A DNA stretch of 64,000 bases from Syntrophobacteraceae bacterium (lineage in GTDB: Bacteria > Desulfobacterota > Syntrophobacteria > Syntrophobacterales > Syntrophobacteraceae): positions 3,668 through 67,667 of the forward strand of contig JALOPI010000014.1 in NCBI GenBank assembly GCA_025453975.1, in the 5' to 3' direction. The notes below the pieces were generated by a model that saw nothing but the letters and a program-made list of their open reading frames with translations, had not been told where the DNA came from and searched no databases. A program made the translations under genes and the position numbers. Every line of letters begins with the position of its first letter. Position 1 is the first letter of the stretch. Shown here piece by piece: positions 57,586-64,000 of this stretch.

Positions 57586-58201
57586 GGGTACAGCACTATT
57601 CGGTCATTCACAGCCAAAGCTGAAAGCACCATGAAACTCTGGGCGCTGGGGTGAAGTACAAACCCCATCGTCCGTCTGAAGGCGGGGCAGGGAGCTCGGG
57701 GAGGGCCTTCCGAGGGAGGTGGAGCCTCATGTTGGGCCACTGACCGCCGTCAAGGGGCGGAGGGCAGCCCATCGGCGAAAACAGACAGTTTTGTACGCTT
57801 ATTGGTTGGTTCATGAAGAGCTATCGACAATGGCCATATCTGTAATAATGCGAAATACGATGAAAACATGAGAAAAAATATAAAAGAACGAGATCGACTT
57901 ATGCCAATAGCTCTAGCAAGACTTAGAGATGTACCAGGGAAACAATCCCTCAAATTTCGGATATCTAGGCATCGAATGGGCGCATTTTGCTCCACAATTC
58001 ACATACCGCCCCCCCATGGATTTCCGAGGTTCGGAAGGCCCCTCGATTCACCAGATAATTCCGTCTAACCGCGAATAAACCCCGATTACCGTGTTTGCCA
58101 ATCCAGCTGTCATGCTGTTAGAAGAGCGCCCCATGAGCCAAATTTACGGTTTTGCTGCGAGGGCGATATTGTATTTCTTTGACAAGATAAGGAGAACCAG
58201 T

Positions 58202-59260
58202 ATGGCGCCTGTTTCCAGCATTTGGAGGCACCAGCTGGGGGAAGCACCCACCAACCCATGGCGCACCTGCCATCGCGCCGCACTTCTGTTTTTTGTCCTC
58301 TCTTTACTTCTCACCCCTCAGGCAGAGTCAAAAACCGATCCCATCGGTGGCATCTGGAGCGATCTTTCCATCGGATTCGCATCCGCGCGGAAATCGCACC
58401 AGGGCGGGACTCTGCAGATGGCAAGCTTTACCTCAACCCCTGCGTATTCTCATGCTTCCCCTGCCGGAGGATCCATCAACAGGATGAGAGTTCCCATCCC
58501 GAATCATCCGGCAATCAACCGCTACATCAAACACTACAAGGATGGAGACCGAAGAACATTCCTGGAAGCTCTGGACCGCTCGTGGTTGTACGTTCCCGTC
58601 ATGGAAGAGGTATTCCGGTCGGAGGGAGTTCCTGAAGAGCTGATCTACGTGGCTCTGGTGGAAAGCCGCTTCAAGGGGAGAGCCTCTTACCGCGGCGCCG
58701 GAGGGTACTGGCAGCTGCTCTCTTCCACTGCACGCTCCCTGGGACTCAGGGTGGACTCATGGGTGGACGAGCGCGTCGATCCCATCAAGTCCACACGCGC
58801 AGCAGCCCGTTACCTACGCCGGCTCAACGACAAATTTGAATCCTGGCCCCTGGCACTGGCAGCTTACAACGCCGGTGACAACGCGGTGTCCCGAGCCATT
58901 CAGCGTCATGGCTCGGAAGATTTCTGGGTCCTTCACGGCCACAAGGCCTTATCGAAGCGGACCCGCGATTACGTTCCCAAGGTGCTTGCCGCCATCCACA
59001 TCGCTCGGGATCTCGAGAGTCACGGGTTCAAGCGACCCGGCGCCTTCGAGGTCTTCGATTTCGAGCCCATTCTGGTTGGCAGGCCCCTCAGGCTGGAAGA
59101 AGTCGCCCGATGGATTCAGGTCCCCGCCTGCGACTTGAGGGATTTGAACCCCTCATTGCGCAAAGGCTGCGTTCCGCCAGGCTCGGAGTATACTCTGCGC
59201 CTTCCCCTGGGTGCTCATGACCGTTTCAGCCTGGCGTACAGGGAACACGTCCGGAAGTGA
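58202..59260 (+). CDS. lytic murein transglycosylase (SLT domain, MltD-like)
   Basis: ATG 58202 follows AAGGAGAA. Signal or anchor segment AALLFFVLSLLLTPQAES. The SLT core is VALVESRF...GAGGYWQLL...LALAAYNAG. The upstream 37 codons of the track ORF are rejected. Confidence 0.8.
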   Translation: MAPVSSIWRHQLGEAPTNPWRTCHRAALLFFVLSLLLTPQAESKTDPIGGIWSDLSIGFASARKSHQGGTLQMASFTSTPAYSHASPAGGSINRMRVPIPNHPAINRYIKHYKDGDRRTFLEALDRSWLYVPVMEEVFRSEGVPEELIYVALVESRFKGRASYRGAGGYWQLLSSTARSLGLRVDSWVDERVDPIKSTRAAARYLRRLNDKFESWPLALAAYNAGDNAVSRAIQRHGSEDFWVLHGHKALSKRTRDYVPKVLAAIHIARDLESHGFKRPGAFEVFDFEPILVGRPLRLEEVARWIQVPACDLRDLNPSLRKGCVPPGSEYTLRLPLGAHDRFSLAYREHVRK

Positions 59261-59335
59261 GGGCAGCTCGGTTAGATGCGCATCGCCCCGCGGCATAACC
59301 CAGGCTCTCATGCTCCATAAGGATCACTTCCGGAC

Positions 59336-59524
59336 ATGAGCATCCGACTCATCGCCATCGAGCTCTACAAGGCCAAGCAGGAGGTGGAAGCCCTGGAACG
59401 AAAAATCCGGGGGCTTCCACCCGGTGACCAGGCAGGCCGAGCAGCACTTCAGGAAGAATTGAGACAGGCCACGGCCGAGCACGCACGGATCCTCAAGCTC
59501 CTGGATGGCGCCAAATCCGGGTGA
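59336..59524 (+). CDS. small coiled-coil hypothetical protein (62 aa)
   Basis: MSIRLIAIELYKAKQEVEALERKIRGL... has heptad-like charged and hydrophobic periodicity. AAGGA sits ~13 nt upstream. I recognise no family. Confidence 0.4.
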   Translation: MSIRLIAIELYKAKQEVEALERKIRGLPPGDQAGRAALQEELRQATAEHARILKLLDGAKSG

Positions 59525-59572
59525 TCAAAACCCGCTCCATCCACGACGGTGTGAGTCTTTCCGGCACCACTC

Positions 59573-60052
59573 TCATTCAATCACCCAAACCGCGCAATGC
59601 TTGGCATCCCTCACGACCCTGCTCGAGACGCTGCCAAAGAGAAATTCCTCCCGCTTGCCCACTCCCCGCCGGCCCACCACCAAAGTGCCATAGCCGCCCT
59701 CCTCCTGCTGGCGCAGGATCAGATCCCCAATGCTGACCGGCTTTTGACAAACCTGGATCTCGATCCGAATCTGCTTTTCAGAGATTCCCAGGGCGGTGAG
59801 TCTGGAGCCCGCTTCTTCCATGAGGGCGAGGGTTTCCAAACGAGCCTTCTCCACGGTCTTCCGACGCTCGGCTTCATCGGGCACGATGTCGGGGGACGGT
59901 TCCTTGATGACCGTCAGCAGAGTGATTTCCACTTTCTCATGGCAGCGCAGCATCCCGCCCACATAATCGACAGCCTTGAGTGAATTCTCCGACAGGTCGA
60001 TCGCAATCAAAACCTTATTCTGGGATCTTTCGGCCATCTCCTTCATACCCAC
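59573..60052 (-). CDS. universal stress protein (UspA family)
   Basis: KVLIAIDLSENSLKAV, TLVVGRRGVGK and FGSVSSRVVRDAKHCAVWVI form the USP pattern. Confidence 0.85.
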   Translation of the reverse strand: MGMKEMAERSQNKVLIAIDLSENSLKAVDYVGGMLRCHEKVEITLLTVIKEPSPDIVPDEAERRKTVEKARLETLALMEEAGSRLTALGISEKQIRIEIQVCQKPVSIGDLILRQQEEGGYGTLVVGRRGVGKREEFLFGSVSSRVVRDAKHCAVWVIE

Positions 60053-60102
60053 CTCCCCTGCCCCTCCTGACGTCTGCTCAACAATCCCTCCGAAGCCGCA
60101 GC

Positions 60103-61074
60103 TCAGCGGGGCATGATGTCCAGCCGGCAGGCGCCGAGATCCTGGAGCAGCTCATCCGTGTGCTCGTAAAAGACCCCCGCCCCCTGGCTGAAGTGGAGCA
60201 GCACATAGCTCAACGAATCCGGAATGTAGGGAAAGAGCTTCTGCAGGTTGGCAATGCGATGTTTGAAAAACAGCGACAGATCTCCGGGCTCCAGACACGA
60301 TCGAATCTTCATGCCCGCCGGTCCGCAGGCCGCCAGATCGGGCAGATTATGAAACCCCTTGCCCACGGTGAACATCAGAATGTTCCCCAGCCCGTAGAGA
60401 TCCACGCCAAAAGGATTCTCAGCCCAGTCGTACGTGTAGTCGAAATCGATCCACCGGTAGGCACCACTGCCGCGCTCGATCAAAATGTGATCGTTGCGGA
60501 TGTCTCCGTGCAGCTCCTCGATGCGGTGCAGCCGGTTGATGGCCTCGACACAACCGATGATCCTGTCGAAAATGGACGGGAAAAGCTCGTAAAAATAGAC
60601 CTCGTGATCCATTTCGAGCTCATGGATGTGATCGTAGTATCGCTTCCCCTGGATACGATCGAGGATCCTGACTTGATTACCCGCGGAATCAAGGACGTTG
60701 ACACCCTGCATGAACCGGTGGTCGCCACGGATCTTGTCCAGGATCCGGGCTTCCTTCACCGGGCTCCGAAAGCACTCGATCTGCAATGAGCCCAGCTGCA
60801 TGAGGAACTTCTCATGGAATACGAGCTTGATGATCTTGGAGCTGCCGTCTGCCAGGTCGATGACTCGCTTGACCCAGTATTTCGGCTCGCCGTCCAGACC
60901 GAAGCGCCCCTCGACCTCTTCACCCCTGACGAGATAGTAGGAGCCATCCAGCTCGAGGATGTCATCGGCCTGGATGGACATGAACTGGGTGGTGTCTGTA
61001 ACGACATTGAGCTTCCCACGGGGAGGGAACCTCGTGTAGCCCGCAATCTTCTCCCTGAGCTGCGCTTCGGTCAT
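60103..61074 (-). CDS. protein-kinase-like fold protein (atypical; unknown substrate)
   Basis: LHGDIRNDHILIE resembles the HxDxxxxN catalytic loop, and WIDFDY resembles the DFG/DxD Mg-binding motif 15 residues later. The N-terminal ~100 aa are unrecognised. Confidence 0.6.
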   Translation of the reverse strand: MTEAQLREKIAGYTRFPPRGKLNVVTDTTQFMSIQADDILELDGSYYLVRGEEVEGRFGLDGEPKYWVKRVIDLADGSSKIIKLVFHEKFLMQLGSLQIECFRSPVKEARILDKIRGDHRFMQGVNVLDSAGNQVRILDRIQGKRYYDHIHELEMDHEVYFYELFPSIFDRIIGCVEAINRLHRIEELHGDIRNDHILIERGSGAYRWIDFDYTYDWAENPFGVDLYGLGNILMFTVGKGFHNLPDLAACGPAGMKIRSCLEPGDLSLFFKHRIANLQKLFPYIPDSLSYVLLHFSQGAGVFYEHTDELLQDLGACRLDIMPR

Positions 61075-61117
61075 GGGGCACCATCCGTTACATCGCCCCA
61101 GTGGATTCCGGGGGATG

Positions 61118-61705
61118 TCAGTGAGCCAGGAGGCTTGGAATCTGCGAAAAAGCCGAATGCAACGCTTCTCGCCGCGCAGAAGCGCAGTAATTCAGTGGTG
61201 ACGGGTGATAGGTGACGATCGCTTGGAGCTGGTGATGATGGAACACCGCGCCGTTGACCGCGCTCATCTTGAGCCCGGACCTGCCCAGAATGGCCATGGC
61301 CGCCGGAAGCCCGAGGCACACCAGAAGTCGTGGTGCAAGGATTTTGAGCTCTTCCATGAGATAAGGAACCGCATGCCGCTGCTCGAGGACGCTGGGGCTC
61401 CGGTTGCCGCCCCTGGAATTCATGGGACGGACCTTCAATAAATTAGTAATGTACACATCGTCCCTTGTCAAACCGATCTCGAGGAGAAGTCGATTCAGAT
61501 TCTTTCCGGCAGCCCCCACAAACGGCTCCCGCCGCCGTTCTTCGTCACGCCCGGGAGCCTCTCCGACCAAAGCCAGCTCATTGCTCTCCAGAGCCCCCCG
61601 GCCGGGAACGAATACGGAGCCCAACCCCGGCCTGGTCCAGAAAGGATCGCTTCTCCACCGCTCATGGAGCCTCTGCAGCAGCTCAGCCCTGGAAGCAGGC
61701 GGCAT
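61118..61705 (-). CDS. udg: uracil-DNA glycosylase, family 4
   Basis: LALVGEAPGRDEE...PFVGAAGKNL and HPSPLN are family-4 UDG motifs. The ATG overlaps the cobO stop (TGATG). Confidence 0.85.
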   Translation of the reverse strand: MPPASRAELLQRLHERWRSDPFWTRPGLGSVFVPGRGALESNELALVGEAPGRDEERRREPFVGAAGKNLNRLLLEIGLTRDDVYITNLLKVRPMNSRGGNRSPSVLEQRHAVPYLMEELKILAPRLLVCLGLPAAMAILGRSGLKMSAVNGAVFHHHQLQAIVTYHPSPLNYCASARREALHSAFSQIPSLLAH

Positions 61706-62226
61706 CAGAATTCAATCCCCTTCTGAGCCCGAATGGACTGCTCGCGATAAGGATGCTTGACCTCCCGCATCTCCGTCACCAGATCCGCTGCGGCCAGCAG
61801 CTCCTCCGGCGCATTCCTGCCGGTGATGACCACGTGAAGATGCCCTGGCCTGCGCTGGAGGGCGTCCAGGGCATCCTGGACGGGGAGGAGACCATAGGCC
61901 AGGACAATGTTCAGCTCATCCAGGACGACGATGTCGTAATCTCCGCGCTCCATGGCTTCCACGGCCAGGACCCAGCCCATTCGAGCCAGCCGCCGATCTT
62001 CCTCGAGGTTATCCTTCTTCCAGGTGAAGCCTGACCCGACGGGCCGGATCTCAATCCCGTCCAGACGCTTCAACGCGTCCAGCTCTCCATATTTCCAGGA
62101 ACCTTTGATGAACTGCAGGACCAGCGTTCGCATGGAATGCCCCGCGGCACGGACGGCCATTCCCAGAGCAGCCGTGGTCTTACCTTTCCCATTGCCCGTG
62201 AAGACGATCAACAATCCCTTGGACAT
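61705..62226 (-). CDS. cobO: cob(I)yrinic acid a,c-diamide adenosyltransferase (CobA/CobO/BtuR type)
   Basis: GLLIVFTGNGKGKTTAALG P-loop, VLQFIKG, VLDELN, VITGRNAP and DLVTEM match the CobA family. Confidence 0.9.
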   Translation of the reverse strand: MSKGLLIVFTGNGKGKTTAALGMAVRAAGHSMRTLVLQFIKGSWKYGELDALKRLDGIEIRPVGSGFTWKKDNLEEDRRLARMGWVLAVEAMERGDYDIVVLDELNIVLAYGLLPVQDALDALQRRPGHLHVVITGRNAPEELLAAADLVTEMREVKHPYREQSIRAQKGIEF

Positions 62227-62363
62227 GACTCATCCCGAATGGCAGCTCCCCTTTTCGCTCGAGCCCCCCAGGAGCATGACATCCGTAAGTGGGGAGCCAT
62301 CGAGCCATCGGGAGGCCCGTCCCTGCGCCCGGAGCGTTCATGGGCGGGCACGACGCTGAGAGC

Positions 62364-62388
62364 AAAAAAAAGCGGGCAATCCGCCCGC
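62364..62388 (-). terminator. rho-independent terminator downstream of the FmdB-like gene
   Basis: The minus strand reads GCGGGC-GGATT-GCCCGC followed by T8 (plus-strand A-run 62364-62371). Confidence 0.7.
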
Positions 62389-62500
62389 CTGATTGAAACC
62401 GATATGTGACTCATGCCCCTCGCGATCCGCCCATACATCGCCTCAATGTCTCATGGGCTCACAGGGACCGGAGTCGATGGGGCAGTGCTGACCATCGCAC

Positions 62501-62785
62501 CTATTCGCTGGATGTCGACGCAGAGCCCTCGCTGGAAGCGCTTTTGGATTCGGACTTTTCCGACGGCTTGGCATCGGGGCTATTGGATGAGCTCGTACTC
62601 TGATTCTTGCCGGAGTAATCGGTAACGTACCAACCCGAACCTTTGAGGTGGAAAGTACTCATGGAGATCAGCTTGCGGACTTCACCCCTGCAATGACAGC
62701 ACTCGGAAAGCGGGGAATCCGAGAATTTCTGCATGGCCTCCATCGTCTTGCCACACTTCAAACATTCATACTCATAGATTGGCAT
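62501..62785 (-). CDS. FmdB-family zinc-ribbon protein
   Basis: ATG 62785 follows GAGGAGGA. MPIYEYECLKCGKTMEAMQKFSDSPLSECCHCRGEVRKLIS is the canonical FmdB/CxxC_CxxC_SSSS motif, with a Ser-rich tail. Confidence 0.8.
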   Translation of the reverse strand: MPIYEYECLKCGKTMEAMQKFSDSPLSECCHCRGEVRKLISMSTFHLKGSGWYVTDYSGKNQSTSSSNSPDAKPSEKSESKSASSEGSASTSSE

Positions 62786-62978
62786 TGCGTGATCCTCCTC
62801 TTCAAACATGGCCTGTGTCGGCTTCAATCTTTCCTTCGGCCCCACCCGGAGCTGAGACCATTATAAATTCATCCCCTTCATTGTCAAGACAGAGGGCGCC
62901 GTCACCCTTTACAGATCGACGGCAGGGCTCATCCCGATGAATGATTCCTTCCTCTCGGGGTCGCCACAGGACCTCAAA

Positions 62979-64000
62979 TCAGGGTGCCACTTTCACCAGC
63001 TGACCATTGGAGACCTGAAGCACCATGTAGCTGCGGGTCAGCTCACCCGCTGGCGTGAATCCATAGGTCCCCGCCACGCCCTCGAAATTGCGGATCTGAC
63101 GCAGATTCTGAAGCAGGGAGACACGCTCCACGGCTTTTCCACGCAGCATCGAGCGTGCCTGGAGGAAGAGCATCATGGCGTCGTACGCCTGGGCCTCGAG
63201 ATAGGATGGCGGCGACTTGTACAGGGCTTCGTACCTCTCCTTGAACGAGCGCTGACGCGGGGAGCCCGCATCCGGATGGTACGGGGTGGCGAAAATGGCA
63301 TGCTCAACGTAGGTGCCGCCGATCTCGACCAGGGGACCCTCCCCCCATAGGTTGGTCCCGAGGAGGGTGGGGCCCACCACATTGTGATAGGGCAGCTGAG
63401 GCGCAATGAGTGAAACAGCCTGCACCTGGTCGGGAATGAAAAGAGCCTCGAACGGTGTCGAATCGTCGCCAGTGGGAGGCAGGTTCTGTCGGGCAACGCT
63501 CACAAGCTTCTGGATGGGCTCCTGGAAGTCCGTGCTCTTCCCCTTGTAGGCCACGCTGGCCAGAAGCGATCCTCCCTCCTCCTGAACGACCTCGGCAAAG
63601 ATCCGGGCCAGCTGCTGACCGTACCGATCGTCGGGATAGAGGGCAGCAAAGCGCGAGAGGCTCAGCTTCTGCCGGCCGAACTTGACCACTGCCCGCACCA
63701 GATCCCGGTTGTCTAGAAAAACGTTGACCACATGAGGACTTGCCGGAATGTCATCGTCTCTCTGGGTAAGCGTCAGGAGCGGCACTCCCCAACGCTCGGC
63801 CAGAGGCGCCACGGCCTTGGTTGTCTGGCTCCCCAGGGGACCGATGACTCCCAGGACCGCATCCTCCTTGATGAGCGTCTCGAAAGCCCTGGCGGCCTGG
63901 GCTGCATCGTTGGGAGCATCCTTGGCCACGAGAGCCACCGTCTGGCTGGTGTTTTTTTCGTTCCACTCCGCCAGAGCCATTTCCAGGCCGCGCAGCACCA
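62979..64000 (-). CDS. periplasmic ligand-binding protein, type I (LivK/LpoA-like); N-terminus beyond the right window edge
   Basis: The ORF is open to the window end. VLGVIGPLGSQTTKAVAPLAERWGVPLL, AALYPDDRYGQ and YDAMMLF are typical of Peripla_BP_6-type binding proteins. Confidence 0.7.
   Translation of the reverse strand, partial: VLRGLEMALAEWNEKNTSQTVALVAKDAPNDAAQAARAFETLIKEDAVLGVIGPLGSQTTKAVAPLAERWGVPLLTLTQRDDDIPASPHVVNVFLDNRDLVRAVVKFGRQKLSLSRFAALYPDDRYGQQLARIFAEVVQEEGGSLLASVAYKGKSTDFQEPIQKLVSVARQNLPPTGDDSTPFEALFIPDQVQAVSLIAPQLPYHNVVGPTLLGTNLWGEGPLVEIGGTYVEHAIFATPYHPDAGSPRQRSFKERYEALYKSPPSYLEAQAYDAMMLFLQARSMLRGKAVERVSLLQNLRQIRNFEGVAGTYGFTPAGELTRSYMVLQVSNGQLVKVAP

Noticed and set aside
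57750-58068. Two overlapping ORFs in the AT-rich island (57868-58068 plus, 66 aa; 57750-57995 minus, 81 aa)
   Set aside because: Neither has a Shine-Dalgarno sequence, and the minus one starts at GTG. Their codon composition differs from all confident genes. I keep them only as a note within the intergenic-region finding.
62227-62363. Possible cobalamin riboswitch in the 5' leader of cobO (minus strand)
   Set aside because: I read the minus-strand leader and could not find the B12-box or the conserved GGGAA/GCCACTG-type core. The only clear structure nearby is the terminator of the upstream FmdB-like gene.
1-64000. Search for CRISPR arrays, IS elements or terminal inverted repeats, integrases, reverse transcriptases (retron/DGR), toxin-antitoxin pairs and known defence genes
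   Set aside because: I saw no regularly spaced direct repeats. No transposase, integrase, RT, restriction or helicase-nuclease ORFs appeared in any frame. The window looks like core chromosome rather than a mobile or defence island. A by-eye repeat search over 64 kb is imperfect, and a dot-plot or self-BLAST would be decisive.

Overview
This is a visibly GC-rich bacterial chromosomal segment. Gene content suggests an anaerobic Desulfobacterota ('deltaproteobacterial') organism, but that assignment is inference only. I support about 55 protein-coding genes, tightly packed on both strands. Many of the longest ORFs in the supplied track are antisense or out-of-frame shadow ORFs typical of high-GC DNA, and I rejected them.

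The content is mostly core metabolism:
- Pentose-phosphate cluster zwf-gnd-rpiA-tkt (1-5027).
- An ABC importer (18106-20804).
- mscL, ettA, tsaC.
- purE-purD plus a stand-alone PurH N-domain (37520-40272).
- aroE-aroA-dacB (41795-45417).
- cobO and udg.

The signalling complement is dense: four histidine kinases or hybrids, two REC proteins, an HD-GYP, a PilZ, two cNMP-binding fusion proteins and two USPs.

I found no rRNA, tRNA, CRISPR array, transposase, integrase or phage genes, and no clear accessory island.

Two genes look disrupted in this sequence:
- A pyridine-nucleotide-disulfide oxidoreductase with an internal deletion and frameshift near 6100-6135.
- A DUF294-type protein with a 1-nt shift at a C6 run near 17344-17349.

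None of the following candidates for uncharacterised systems is proven:
1. A murG-mraY pair outside any dcw context, in which MurG has an N-terminal TM helix and a C-terminal extension of about 330 aa of HEAT repeats (33467-36752).
2. A translationally coupled pair of a roughly 770-aa HEAT-repeat protein and an HD-GYP phosphodiesterase that share a homologous N-terminal module (9648-13174).
3. An SPFH/Zn-ribbon protein coupled to an internally duplicated double Zn-ribbon protein, next to mscL (22984-25364).
4. A cNMP/CBS/DUF294 nucleotidyltransferase paired with a DEDD exonuclease (15777-18066).
5. An sRNA-like or attenuator-like element with an orphan intrinsic terminator (about 20950-21114).
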